Assembly: GCA_963728565.1 (NCBI GenBank)
Contig: CAVSLC010000005.1
Span: forward strand, 64,001 to 128,000
Direction: 5' to 3'
Length of the DNA stretch: 64,000 nucleotides
Source of the DNA: an uncultured delta proteobacterium
GTDB taxonomy: Bacteria; Desulfobacterota; Binatia; UBA9968
The notes under the pieces were generated by a model. That model ran no database searches, had not been told where the DNA came from, and was given only the letters and a program-made list of their open reading frames with translations. The translations under genes were made by a program, and so were the position numbers. This document shows positions 1 through 10,119 of the stretch, in pieces (position 1 is the first letter of the stretch; each line of letters opens with the position of its first letter).

Positions 1-306
1 GACTCCACAGGACGAGGTGGCCGTTAACGGCGGCTCCGAGTGATCGGGGGAAAGTACCACAGAAAAAATACCGCCTGTCCTCATGGCAGGTAAGGTTGAA
101 ATGGCGAGGTAAGAGCTCACCGGTTCATCAGTGATGATGAACGCATGGCAAACCCCACCTGGAGCAAGACCAAATAGGAGGGTAGGGTGGTCCGCCCATA
201 TCCCTCGGGTAAGGTCGCTCGATCCCAGGAGCAATCCTGGGGCAAGATGAATGATCGCTGTGGCTCTTTTTGAGAGTCATTACAGAATCCGGCTTACGAT
301 CCACTT
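1..306 (+). ncRNA. rnpB: RNase P RNA (type A), 5' end truncated by window edge
   Basis: Conserved RNase P segments: GGAAAGTACCACAGAAAA, GGTAAGAGCTCACCG, GGCAAACCCCACCTGGAGCAAGACCAAATAGG, AGATGAATGAT and the 3' signature ACAGAATCCGGCTTAC (282-297). Confidence 0.95.
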
Positions 307-551
307 TAGCCTAGCTTAGTTTTCCCTCCTCTACTGCCCCGAGCCGATTGCCCTCAGGATTCTGTTCCTGCCGGTTAACCGCCGTAACCCCGCCTACTTT
401 GGGCCGTCATCCCACTGCAAGGTCTGCCAAATTCCTTCCAAACCGTTTTAGTTGCGCGAGACTATCGTTTCGAGCGATGTCGTAGCCTTCCGGCGGATGC
501 CGCGAGGCCGGATAAAACTTTTAAAAATCAGCGAAAAATCGAACAAATTTA

Positions 552-616
552 TTGACAGTGCGTACTCGTGAAGTTATAAGTGGCGCTGTGGTGGGAGAAA
601 GTGGGATAATCTCCCA
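552..616 (+). promoter_or_regulatory. sigma70 promoter of dcw operon with MraZ-type GTGG(GA) repeats
   Basis: TTGACA (552-557), 17 bp spacer, TATAAG (575-580); GTGG at 580, GTGGGA at 591 and 601 (about 10 bp period), matching known MraZ operator repeats. Confidence 0.75.
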
Positions 617-643
617 TAAATCAGTTCTTCGGCCGGTTTGTAT

Positions 644-1096
644 ATGTTTCGTGGCAGCTTTGAGCACACTCTTGACGGCAAGGGGCGGTTAAGTATTCCG
701 TCGAAATTTCGCGACATTTTGCTCGGAAAGGGCGATGAGCGGATCATCATGACGAACTTCGTCGTCGATGGTTTGCGTTGTCTCGACGTTTATCCCATCG
801 ACGAATGGCTACGGCTCGAACAGCAGATCAGCCAGCGACCAAAGTTCGAACGCCGTATGGTGTTGTTTCAAAACTTCTACTTGGGCGGGGCCTGTGAGTG
901 CCTGTTGGACAAACAGGGACGTATTCTCATCCCTCCTTCGTTGAGGAAGTATGCCGATCTCAAGCGCGACGTGGTTCTGGTTTCGGCTCTCGAAAAATTC
1001 CGTGTCTGGGACCAAGAAACTTGGAAGCAGTTCTTCGCCGATGCGGAAGGCAAATTGATGCAAGATCCTGATTTTCTCGGCGATCTCGGCTTGTGA
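644..1096 (+). CDS. mraZ: division/cell wall cluster transcriptional repressor MraZ
   Basis: MFRGSFEHTLDGKGRLSIP and second repeat LDKQGRILIP; first gene of dcw cluster. Confidence 0.96.
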   Translation: MFRGSFEHTLDGKGRLSIPSKFRDILLGKGDERIIMTNFVVDGLRCLDVYPIDEWLRLEQQISQRPKFERRMVLFQNFYLGGACECLLDKQGRILIPPSLRKYADLKRDVVLVSALEKFRVWDQETWKQFFADAEGKLMQDPDFLGDLGL

Positions 1097-1146
1097 GAAT
1101 GGCGGCGCGGATTCATCGCAGTGGTTGGATGAAAGGAGAATAAGAA

Positions 1147-1509
1147 ATGCTACCGCAAAATAACATTCAGGATATTTCCGTGATTGACGTTTCCGGCGAT
1201 ATCGATTTTCGTGAAATGATCCGCATCAAAAACGTTATCGGCGGATTGATCGAAAAAGACCGTTTGAAGGTGGTTCTTAATCTCCGGGCAGTCGATCACA
1301 TCAATTATTTAAGTATCGGCGTGTTGCTCGAGCGTTTGAAACTGCTCAGAAATCTTAATGGCGATCTTAAGCTCGCCGGCATGAGTCCGTTTCTCCGTGA
1401 TATCTTCAAGGTTGTCGGCATGGACCGCTTCTTCGAAGATTATACCTCTCTTGAAGACGCAATCGAAAGCTTCGATGACGATTGGGAGGGGGACGGCACT
1501 AGTCATTAA
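1147..1509 (+). CDS. STAS-domain / anti-sigma factor antagonist-like protein
   Basis: 120 aa, RBS AAAGGAG; STAS pattern (VIDVSGDID...VVLNLRAVDHINYLSIGVLL...GDLKLAGMSPFLRDIFKVVGMDRFF..Y.SLEDAI). Confidence 0.85.
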   Translation: MLPQNNIQDISVIDVSGDIDFREMIRIKNVIGGLIEKDRLKVVLNLRAVDHINYLSIGVLLERLKLLRNLNGDLKLAGMSPFLRDIFKVVGMDRFFEDYTSLEDAIESFDDDWEGDGTSH

Positions 1510-2439
1510 TGAACTTTGCCCACACTTCGGTTCTGATTCAGGAATCGATGGGGCTGCTCAAGCCCAGACCAGGAGAGTGTTATCTTGATGGAACCTTGGG
1601 AGGAGGTGGGCACGCAGAGGAGATACTTCTCCGCAGCAGTCCCGATGGCCGAGTCTTAGGGCTGGATTGGGATGAGGATGCGGTGACGGCAGCAGGGCAG
1701 CGACTGAGTCGCTTCGGAGAGCGGCTGACACTTCGCCGTGCAAATTTTGATCAGGCGAAGGATATTCTGGCGGCTATAAACTGGGAGTCGAGTGGATGGT
1801 GCGCTCTTGGATTTAGGTGTCTCATCGCATCAGTTCGATGCCGCGGAAAGAGGCTTCAGCTTTCAAAGGAGCGCTCCATTGGACATGCGCATGGACCGTC
1901 GCCAGAAATTGACAGCGCTCGAAATCGTCAACTCTTTTCCCGAGGCGGAGATAGCAAAAATTATCAGCGATTATGGCGAAGAGCCCAGAGCGCGTCGCAT
2001 CGCCGCCGCGATCGCGACAGAGCGGAAAGGTCGCGCCATCGAGACCACGATCGATCTGGCGGAGCTCATCGTTCGAATCAAAGGAAAGCGGAGCCGTGCT
2101 CATCATCCGGCAACGCAGACGTTTCAGGCGCTAAGAATTGCGGTCAACCGCGAACTGGAAACTCTCAAGCGGTTTTTGGAATACGGCTATGAATTGCTCC
2201 AGCCTGGCGGGCGTATGGTGATTATTTCGTTTCATTCATTGGAAGATCGACTGGTCAAAACAGCTTTTCGCAAATGGAGCGAGAAATGTATTTGCCCGCC
2301 CAGAACTCTCAAGTGCGAATGCGGCTGGAGTCAGAAGGCGCAAAGATTAACCCGCAAACCGATCATCGCATCGGCTGAAGAAGTCAGGGCTAACCCTAGG
2401 GCGCGTGCGGCGAAGCTGCGCGCGGTAGTGCGACTATGA
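1509..2439 (+). CDS. rsmH: 16S rRNA m4C1402 methyltransferase RsmH (one apparent frameshift near 1785)
   Basis: N-part HTSVL..DGTLGGGGH in ORF 1509-2192; C-part DLGVSSHQFD..RGFSF..PLDMRMD, HPATQTFQALRIAVN, ISFHSLEDR, NPRARAAKLR in ORF 1792-2439. Confidence 0.92.
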
Positions 2440-2798
2440 GAACGAAAACAGCCGCTGCCGTTGATCTAAACTCACGCCGTGCGGTTCGGCCGGTGAAAGC
2501 GAAACAGCCTAACCGGGCACCAAAGCGCAAAGGCCACCAGCATCTTGTTGCTATCTGCGCTCTGGCCTTTTGTTTGTTCATTTTAGGATTGGTTCATGTC
2601 TGGTTGCGTTTACAGGTAGTCCATATGGGTTATGTGCTTTCGACCACTACAAAACTGCAGGGCCGGCTTGAACAAGAGAACCGAGAATTGAAGGTTGAAC
2701 TTGCCAGTTTGACCTCTCCAGACCGTTTGGAAGCGATGGCGCGCCGAAGACTGGGCTTGATGCCGCCCGAGAAGGGTCAGGTTCTCGTATTGCCATGA
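2436..2798 (+). CDS. ftsL: cell division protein FtsL
   Basis: Basic N-tail, one TM helix, coiled coil ending LEAMARRRLGL; lies between rsmH and ftsI. Confidence 0.85.
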   Translation: MRTKTAAAVDLNSRRAVRPVKAKQPNRAPKRKGHQHLVAICALAFCLFILGLVHVWLRLQVVHMGYVLSTTTKLQGRLEQENRELKVELASLTSPDRLEAMARRRLGLMPPEKGQVLVLP

Positions 2799-4744
2799 AA
2801 AGAGCTCCGCAGACCAGCCATGTGCGTTTGACCGTTGCCAAGATTCTCTTTCTGGCAATTTTCCTGGTGGTCGGCGGGCGCGCATTTTATTTGCAAGCAC
2901 TGCAGGGCGATCGGCTCATGCGCTTGGGCCAGCGGCAACATCTGAAAGAATGGACCGTGCTGCCGAAGCGAGGAGGGGTGTTCGACAGGGGCGGCGAAGC
3001 GCTGGCATTGAGTCTCGAGGCGCAGTCGGTTTACGCGCGCCCCCGGCGCATTCAAGATGCTGCCAAGAGCGCCGGTGATTTAGCGCGAGTTCTAAAAATC
3101 AGTTCAGCGGAGATAAGAGAGAGGCTCACTTCCGCCAAGCCTTTTGTCTGGATCAAGCGACAGATTTCCCCCGATGAGGCGGGTCAGATTCAGAATCTCA
3201 AAATCGAAGGCGTAGGCATGTTTCACGAACCGCATCGCTACTATCCGCAGGGTCAGCTTGCCGGGCAGGTGATCGGTTTCGTCGGCCGTGATTCCGAAGG
3301 ACTTGAAGGTTTGGAGCTGCGCTACAATGAGTACATTCGTGGGGAAACGGGCTCCTCTGTGTCCGAGCGCGATGCTTTGGGCCGCCGTGTGCTCGTGGAA
3401 GGCATCGAAGGACTTCAAATCCCCGCAGGCGGCGATATTCATCTAACCCTCGACACGTCCATTCAGCATCTGGCCGAAAAAGAACTTGAAGCCTCCATCG
3501 ACAAATACCGCGCAAAGGCGGGCGTTGCGATTGCGGTCGAGCCACGCACCGGTGAAATTTTGGCATTGGCCAACTATCCGACGTTCAATCCTAACAATTA
3601 TTCGGCCGCCTCCCCTGAGCAGCGGCGCAATCGCGCGGTGACGGATAGCTTTGAACCGGGTTCCACGTTCAAAACAATCGTCGCAGCAGCCGCTCTCGAA
3701 GAGGGAATCGTCGACAAAGAGGATTTGTTTTTCTGTGAATACGGCAAATTCAGTTATGCGGGCAGAATCATTCACGATACCCACCCGCATGGCTGGCTGC
3801 CATTCTCCAAGATCCTTCAGGTATCGAGCAACATCGGCTTTTCCAAAGTTGCCGACAAATTGAAAAAGGATCGGCTCTTCAAATACATCGAGAAATTTGG
3901 TTTTGGTCAAGTGAGCGGCATCGATATGCCGGGGGAAGTTCCAGGATTACTGCGTCGCCCGGAAACGTGGTCTGGGATAGACTTGGCAACTCATGCTTTC
4001 GGTCAGGGATTGTCGGCGACGCCGCTGCAAATGGTGATGGCTTATGCGGCGATTGCTAATGGCGGCTTTCTAATGCGTCCCTATGTGGTCCGGCGCGCTC
4101 TGAGTCCAAAAGGCGAAGTCCTGATAGAAAATCAGCCTCATGTCGTTCGCCGTGTGGTTTCAGAGAGAACCGCCCGCTTGCTCGCCTCCATGCTTCAAGA
4201 TGTTACCGCCGAGGGCGGCACCGGGAGGATGGCAAAAGTGGAAGGGTTCGATGTTGCCGGGAAGACGGGTACGGCGCAAAAAGTCGATCTGGTAAATGGC
4301 GGCTATGACGCCAAAAAGCGTGTCGCATCGTTCGTCGGTTTCGTTCCCGCGGACGAACCTCGCTTGGTATTGATGGTGCTCGTCGATGAACCGCAAAGTA
4401 ACGTCTATGGTGGTGTTGTAGCCGCGCCGGTTTTCCAAAATATCGCGCGCGGCGCCTTGCGCCATTTTGGTGTTGCCGCCCAGACAGCTGAACCGATCGC
4501 CGGCCCGGTGGCTGAAGCGGACATTCCGCTACGGCGCGCGCCGAAGAGGAGTAGCCAGGCTGTCTTCGATACTGGAGCCACCCCGGATTTTGTTGGTCTT
4601 AGCCTGCGTGAAGCCGTGGAGAAAGCGCGTGATCTAAATCTCAAGGTAAAAATTCACGGCAATGGCTATGTGGTCAAGCAGTCACCAGGCCCCGGAGGGC
4701 GCTGGGATGAAAACGGCATGCTGGTGTTGAATCTGCAAGGATGA
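2795..4744 (+). CDS. ftsI: peptidoglycan transpeptidase FtsI/PBP3 with C-terminal PASTA domain
   Basis: EPGSTFK (SxxK), SSN (SxN), KTGTAQK motifs; PASTA-like PDFVGLSLREA at C-terminus. Confidence 0.95.
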   Translation: MKRAPQTSHVRLTVAKILFLAIFLVVGGRAFYLQALQGDRLMRLGQRQHLKEWTVLPKRGGVFDRGGEALALSLEAQSVYARPRRIQDAAKSAGDLARVLKISSAEIRERLTSAKPFVWIKRQISPDEAGQIQNLKIEGVGMFHEPHRYYPQGQLAGQVIGFVGRDSEGLEGLELRYNEYIRGETGSSVSERDALGRRVLVEGIEGLQIPAGGDIHLTLDTSIQHLAEKELEASIDKYRAKAGVAIAVEPRTGEILALANYPTFNPNNYSAASPEQRRNRAVTDSFEPGSTFKTIVAAAALEEGIVDKEDLFFCEYGKFSYAGRIIHDTHPHGWLPFSKILQVSSNIGFSKVADKLKKDRLFKYIEKFGFGQVSGIDMPGEVPGLLRRPETWSGIDLATHAFGQGLSATPLQMVMAYAAIANGGFLMRPYVVRRALSPKGEVLIENQPHVVRRVVSERTARLLASMLQDVTAEGGTGRMAKVEGFDVAGKTGTAQKVDLVNGGYDAKKRVASFVGFVPADEPRLVLMVLVDEPQSNVYGGVVAAPVFQNIARGALRHFGVAAQTAEPIAGPVAEADIPLRRAPKRSSQAVFDTGATPDFVGLSLREAVEKARDLNLKVKIHGNGYVVKQSPGPGGRWDENGMLVLNLQG

Positions 4745-4750
4745 TTCGAG

Positions 4751-6289
4751 ATGCGTCTCAAGGATTTTCTGACGCTGCAGAAGCCCGAGCAAGCCGAAGG
4801 AGATCTTGATCAAGAAGTAGCTGGTCTGGTTTATGACTCACGGCGGGTGACCAAAGGGGATGTGTTTTTCGCCGTGCCGGGCGAGCGGGCGAATGGCCAT
4901 CAATTTGTAAATCAAGCCATCGAACGCGGTGCCATTGCAGCCGTTGTTTCCGTTACAGCCAATGTGCGCCCGGGAGTGACGTTCGTTCGCGTTCACGACG
5001 TGAGGGCGACCATGGGTTTATGGGCCGCCCATTTTTATGCGCAGCCTGGGCGCCGCCTTAAAATTGTCGGGGTTACCGGGACTAACGGGAAGACCACGAC
5101 CACCTACCTGATCGAGTCCATATTTGCTTCGGCCGGCCTGGAGCCGGGAGTGATCGGGACCATCAATTATCGATACGGCGGCAAAGAAATGCCTGCGCAT
5201 CATACGACACCGGAATCTCTAGAGCTTCATGCGCTGATGGCCGAAATGACGCAAGACGGTGCGCGGTCGATGGTCATGGAAGTCTCGTCGCATGCGCTGG
5301 TTCAGGGGCGAGTTCGTGGGGTCGACTTTGATGTCGGTGTCTTCACCAATCTTTCACGCGATCATCTGGACTATCATAAGAACATGGATGATTATTTCCT
5401 CGCCAAGAGCAGGTTGTTTACCGATTACCTACCAGCGAGCGCTAAAACAGCCAAAGCAGCGGTCGTCAACGGCGATGATGCCAGAGGACGCGAGCTTCTG
5501 AGTAAAGCGCAACGCGCCGGTGTAACGACCTGGAGTTATGGCTCTGGAGAAGAATGGGATATCAAACCGCTGCAAGTGCATCACGATGTCAGCGGTCAGC
5601 GTGGAAAAATCAAGGTCAAAGATCGAGTGATCGAGTTTTCATCGGAGCTGATCGGCTCGGCAAACTTGGATAACATTCTTGCCGCCGTCGGTGTTGGCTT
5701 TGCGTTGGAAATCCCGGTGACGGCGATTGTCGACGGCATCAGAAAACTCCGATGCGTTCCCGGGCGCTTGCAACGGGTCGAAAACTCATGCGGGGTTCTT
5801 GTTCTGGTGGATTATGCTCACACGCCGGATGCACTGGAGAAAACTCTCGGCGCAGTCCGGCCGCTGACCGATGCCAGAGTTGTGACGGTTTTTGGTTGCG
5901 GCGGCGACCGCGACCGCGGCAAACGGCCGTTGATGGGCGAAATTGCCGCGCGTCTCAGCGATGTAGTCATTTTGACTTCCGACAATCCTCGTTCAGAGGA
6001 TCCCATGCGTATTATCCAGGAGATCGAGGTGGGTATGCAGAAAGCCGGAATCTCCAAACTTGAAGCTCGAGCGGCAAGCGTCCACGATGTTCACGGATAC
6101 GGAGTCGAGGCGGACCGGCGCAAAGCGATTGGCCTCGCATTGAGCTGGGCCCAACCGGGTGATGTTGTGGTGATTGCCGGGAAGGGGCATGAGGATTATC
6201 AGATCCTGGGCAAGGAGAAGATCCACTTTGATGACCGTGAGGTCGCCCGGGAAATCTTGGATTGCCAGGCGAGCGTCCTCCAGACTTGA
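4751..6289 (+). CDS. murE: UDP-MurNAc-tripeptide synthetase (meso-DAP ligase)
   Basis: GVTGTNGKTTT, TTPES, MEVSSH, DYAHTPDAL, GCGGDRD, TSDNPRSE (DNPR = DAP type), AGKGHEDYQ. Confidence 0.96.
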   Translation: MRLKDFLTLQKPEQAEGDLDQEVAGLVYDSRRVTKGDVFFAVPGERANGHQFVNQAIERGAIAAVVSVTANVRPGVTFVRVHDVRATMGLWAAHFYAQPGRRLKIVGVTGTNGKTTTTYLIESIFASAGLEPGVIGTINYRYGGKEMPAHHTTPESLELHALMAEMTQDGARSMVMEVSSHALVQGRVRGVDFDVGVFTNLSRDHLDYHKNMDDYFLAKSRLFTDYLPASAKTAKAAVVNGDDARGRELLSKAQRAGVTTWSYGSGEEWDIKPLQVHHDVSGQRGKIKVKDRVIEFSSELIGSANLDNILAAVGVGFALEIPVTAIVDGIRKLRCVPGRLQRVENSCGVLVLVDYAHTPDALEKTLGAVRPLTDARVVTVFGCGGDRDRGKRPLMGEIAARLSDVVILTSDNPRSEDPMRIIQEIEVGMQKAGISKLEARAASVHDVHGYGVEADRRKAIGLALSWAQPGDVVVIAGKGHEDYQILGKEKIHFDDREVAREILDCQASVLQT

Positions 6290-6291
6290 GT

Positions 6292-7686
6292 ATGGCATGG
6301 ACGTTAGATGAGATTCTCACGGCTACGGGTGGTAAGTCGGAAGGCCGACCTAAAGCCAGCCGGTTCGATGAAATCGTTACGGATTCCAATAAAGTGAAAA
6401 CAGGTTCTGTTTTTGTCGCGCTCAAGGGCGAGAGATTCGATGGGCATCGTTTCATCAAAGACGCGATCAGCCGCGGAGCCGGGTGTCTGGTGGTTCACCA
6501 ACCTCTGCGCCCTGCCGATCTCAGGAGTGTTACCGCCGTCAAAGTGCCCGATACGCTTCGAGCCTTGGGAGACCTGGCCCACTTCCGCCGTGAGCAATAC
6601 GGGCCGAAGGTGCTGGCGATTACCGGGTCCAACGGAAAGACCACAACCAAGGAAATGTTAGCGGCGATTTTGCAGCGCGCTTCTCTGGACCGCCAGCCGC
6701 TCGCCGGAAGGGTGCTAAAAACCGAAGGCAATTTCAACAACCTGGTGGGCTTGCCGTTGACCTTGCTGCGGCTTCGTAAGCGGCACCGGGTGGTGGTTGT
6801 GGAAATGGGAACCAATCGGCCCGGCGAGATCGGCCGGTTGGCTGAGATAGCGGCGGCCGATATGGCGATCATTACCTCGGTGGCGCCGGCTCATTTGGAA
6901 GGGCTGAATAGTTTGGCCGGTGTCGCGAAGGAAAAGGGCGCTTTGTTCAGCGGTATGCGCGCGGGGGGCACCATCGTAGTTAACCTCGATGATCCGCGGG
7001 TGCGGCGCCTGGGTGAAAGATTCAGCGGCAACAAAGTCACTTACGGTAAGGGAGGTCAGATCAGCGCGGAGTCCGGTTCATTGCTGGCTTCAGGAGCAAT
7101 GCGATTTACCCTGCGCGCCGGGCATCAGCGGGCGCACGTTCGTCTTAATTTTGTCGGCCAGCATAATATCGCCAATGCACTCGGCGCCGCCGCCATGGCC
7201 TACAGCTTAGGCATACCGCTGCCGGCGATTCGGCGCGGTTTGGAAAGCGTTAAGCCTTACAGCATGCGAATGCAGATGGAGAGATGGCGCGGCGTCGGCA
7301 TTATCAACGATGCCTACAACGCCAATCCGGCATCGATGATCGCCGCCATCAAAACGTTGGCCCAAATGAACTCCTGCGGAGAACGAATCGCCGTGCTTGG
7401 CGACATGTTCGAGCTCGGCAAACAAAGCCAACGGGAGCATCTGCGTCTTGGCAATCAACTGGCGCGCGCTGGACTGGACCGCGCCTATCTTTTAGGGGAG
7501 CGGGCGCCGGACGTCAGAAAAGGCGCGCTGCGCGCCGGCATGAAGCCGGAGCAAGTTATCGTCGGTGAAAGTCATGGCGACATCGGCCGGCGGTTGCGCG
7601 CTCACTTGAAGAAAGGCGATTGGCTTTTGATCAAGGGTTCGCGAGGTATGAAGATGGAAACAGTCTTGTCGGAGCTGAAAGGTTAG
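6292..7686 (+). CDS. murF: UDP-MurNAc-pentapeptide synthetase
   Basis: [53 protein letters not shown]. Confidence 0.96.
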   Translation: MAWTLDEILTATGGKSEGRPKASRFDEIVTDSNKVKTGSVFVALKGERFDGHRFIKDAISRGAGCLVVHQPLRPADLRSVTAVKVPDTLRALGDLAHFRREQYGPKVLAITGSNGKTTTKEMLAAILQRASLDRQPLAGRVLKTEGNFNNLVGLPLTLLRLRKRHRVVVVEMGTNRPGEIGRLAEIAAADMAIITSVAPAHLEGLNSLAGVAKEKGALFSGMRAGGTIVVNLDDPRVRRLGERFSGNKVTYGKGGQISAESGSLLASGAMRFTLRAGHQRAHVRLNFVGQHNIANALGAAAMAYSLGIPLPAIRRGLESVKPYSMRMQMERWRGVGIINDAYNANPASMIAAIKTLAQMNSCGERIAVLGDMFELGKQSQREHLRLGNQLARAGLDRAYLLGERAPDVRKGALRAGMKPEQVIVGESHGDIGRRLRAHLKKGDWLLIKGSRGMKMETVLSELKG

Positions 7687-7687
7687 A

Positions 7688-8770
7688 TTGATATTGCTGT
7701 ACTACTTGCTGTTCCCATTGCACACGACTTATTCCGGCTTCAATGTTTTTCGCTACATAACTTTCCGGGCAGCGATGGCTGCGCTGGTGGCATTGCTTGT
7801 ATCTTTTCTTTTGGGACCGCGATTGATTCGAGCGCTAACACAAAAGCATATCGGGCAGCAGATCAGGGACGACGGGCCGGCCTCTCACGCGGTCAAAGCG
7901 GGAACGCCGACGATGGGCGGAGCGCTGATACTCCTGGCGCTAACCTTTTCAACCCTTCTGTTGGGAGACATCGGCAATCGCTATGTGTTGCTTGCGCTGC
8001 TCGCGACTGTCGGCGCGGGACTGGTTGGATTCGTCGATGATTACCTGAAGCTTACCCGCAGGAGCAGCAAGGGATTGCCGCCTCGGGCGAAATTACTGGG
8101 TCAATTCGTGATGGCCTTTGTCGTCGCTCTGGCGCTTTACTATATGCCTAAGTTCAGCACCGAGATCAGCCTTCCTTTTATCAAAAACTTTCGTCCGGAT
8201 CTGGGCGTGCTCTATGTGCCCTTCGCAATGTTTGTGATCGTCGGCGCTTCTAATGCCGTTAATCTCACTGACGGGCTTGACGGTTTGGCGATTGGACCGG
8301 TGATGGTCGCCGCCGGCACCTATGCGGTGATCGCCTATGTTACCGGACATATGAAATTGGCTGAGTATCTGCAGATTCCTTACGTCGCTGGCGTGGGTGA
8401 ACTGAGCGTATTTTGCGCCGCAGTGGTCGCCGCAGGGTTGGGATTTCTCTGGTACAACGCCTATCCCGCGCAGATGTTCATGGGTGACGTGGGCTCGTTG
8501 GCGCTTGGAGCGGCTCTCGGAGCGGTTGCCGTGATGACCAAGAACGAGATTCTATTGGTCATCGTGGGCGGCGTATTCGTTGCAGAGGCGCTCTCGGTCA
8601 TCTTCCAGGTTGCCTCCTACAAGCTCAGGCGCAAGCGAGTCTTTCTGATGGCGCCGATTCATCACCATTATGAGCTCAAGGGTTGGAAGGAGCCGCAAAT
8701 CATCGTGCGGTTTTGGATTATCGCGTTTATCTGCGCCGTGATCGGCCTTAGCACGCTCAAGCTCCGGTAA
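7688..8770 (+). CDS. mraY: phospho-N-acetylmuramoyl-pentapeptide transferase
   Basis: [44 protein letters not shown]; polytopic membrane protein. Confidence 0.97.
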   Translation: MILLYYLLFPLHTTYSGFNVFRYITFRAAMAALVALLVSFLLGPRLIRALTQKHIGQQIRDDGPASHAVKAGTPTMGGALILLALTFSTLLLGDIGNRYVLLALLATVGAGLVGFVDDYLKLTRRSSKGLPPRAKLLGQFVMAFVVALALYYMPKFSTEISLPFIKNFRPDLGVLYVPFAMFVIVGASNAVNLTDGLDGLAIGPVMVAAGTYAVIAYVTGHMKLAEYLQIPYVAGVGELSVFCAAVVAAGLGFLWYNAYPAQMFMGDVGSLALGAALGAVAVMTKNEILLVIVGGVFVAEALSVIFQVASYKLRRKRVFLMAPIHHHYELKGWKEPQIIVRFWIIAFICAVIGLSTLKLR

Positions 8771-8784
8771 AATGGCATTGGAAA

Positions 8785-10119
8785 ATGGATCTCAGGGGCA
8801 AGAAAGTCATGGTGCTCGGCCTGGCGCGCACCGGCCGGGACACAGCGCGGTTTCTCGCGCAGCGCGGGGCCATCGTGCGGGTTAGCGATCTTCGCCCGGC
8901 GGCTGATCTGCAGGGCGAGTTGAACGCGCTTGCGGGGTTGCCGATTCAATACCATCTCGGCGGCGAGGATCTAAATTGGCTCGAAGGCGTTGACATGGTT
9001 GTGCCGAGCCCCGGTGTGCCGATGAACAATTTGCTTCTCCAGGAGGCCGGCCGTCGCGGCGTCGAAATCATTAGCGAGATCGAACTGGCTTATCGCTCTT
9101 TGTCGCTGCCGCTGATCGCCATCACCGGAACCAACGGAAAGAGCACCACCACGACCTTGATCGGCGAGATTCTTAAGGCAAACGGAACAAAAACTTTTGT
9201 CGGTGGCAATCTCGGCATGCCCCTGATCGGATGCGGACTGGATAACTGGGATTGGGGAGTTGTCGAAGTCAGCAGCTTTCAGCTCGAATGGGTGAAATGG
9301 TTTCGTCCGCGGATCGCCGTGCTCCTTAATATAAGCGAAGATCATCTCGATCGTTATACGGACCTTGCCGCTTACGCCCATGCCAAGCAAAGAATCTTCG
9401 CCGCTCAAAGTGAACAAGACATCGCGATTCTCAACCGTGACGATTCGCGGGTTTGGGCGATGCGGCGGCAATTGCGCTCGCAAGTTGTCTCCATCGGCTT
9501 TTCCGAGGTGCCCAATGGGGTTTTTGCCGAGCGCGATGCCATCGTTTGGCGCGACGGCCAAGGCGAAGAAAGATTTTCGTTGACCGCGGTTAAAATCAAA
9601 GGCGTGCACAATGTCGAGAATATGATGGCGGCAATTGCGGCGTCCAAGTCGGTGGGTGTCGGCTATGATGTCATCCAGGAGACTTTGGATACCTTTCCCG
9701 GCCTCGAGCATCGCCTGGAGTTTGTCCGGGAGAAAGATGGGATTCGTTACTTCAACGATTCCAAGGGCACCAACGTCGGCGCGGTCGAGAAGTCGCTGGC
9801 GAGTTTTTCCGAGCCGGTGATTCTCATTGCCGGCGGTGTCGATAAAGGCGGCGATTACGGCCCGCTGCAAAACTACATCCGGCAGCGAGTGCGTCGCTTG
9901 GTGTTGTTCGGAGCAGCCAAAGAGATCATCGCCGAAGCGCTCGGCCACCTCACCGAAACCGTAATCGTAGCAGATCTGGCCGCGGCCGTAAGCGACGCCG
10001 CCGCGCATGCGCAACCCGGCGATGTCGTGTTGTTGTCGCCGGCGTGTTCCAGCTTCGACATGTTTCGCAACTATGCCGAAAGGGGCAAAGCCTTTAAAAG
10101 CCTGGTGCACGCCTTATGA
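8785..10119 (+). CDS. murD: UDP-MurNAc-L-Ala:D-Glu ligase
   Basis: SPGVP, ITGTNGKSTTT, EVSSFQLE, DHLDRY, NDSKGTN, LSPACSSFDMF. Confidence 0.96.
   Translation: MDLRGKKVMVLGLARTGRDTARFLAQRGAIVRVSDLRPAADLQGELNALAGLPIQYHLGGEDLNWLEGVDMVVPSPGVPMNNLLLQEAGRRGVEIISEIELAYRSLSLPLIAITGTNGKSTTTTLIGEILKANGTKTFVGGNLGMPLIGCGLDNWDWGVVEVSSFQLEWVKWFRPRIAVLLNISEDHLDRYTDLAAYAHAKQRIFAAQSEQDIAILNRDDSRVWAMRRQLRSQVVSIGFSEVPNGVFAERDAIVWRDGQGEERFSLTAVKIKGVHNVENMMAAIAASKSVGVGYDVIQETLDTFPGLEHRLEFVREKDGIRYFNDSKGTNVGAVEKSLASFSEPVILIAGGVDKGGDYGPLQNYIRQRVRRLVLFGAAKEIIAEALGHLTETVIVADLAAAVSDAAAHAQPGDVVLLSPACSSFDMFRNYAERGKAFKSLVHAL

Noticed and set aside
8971-10110. 379 aa antisense ORF opposite murD
   Set aside because: Shadow of a well-conserved gene, explained by GC-rich codon bias; no recognisable motifs.
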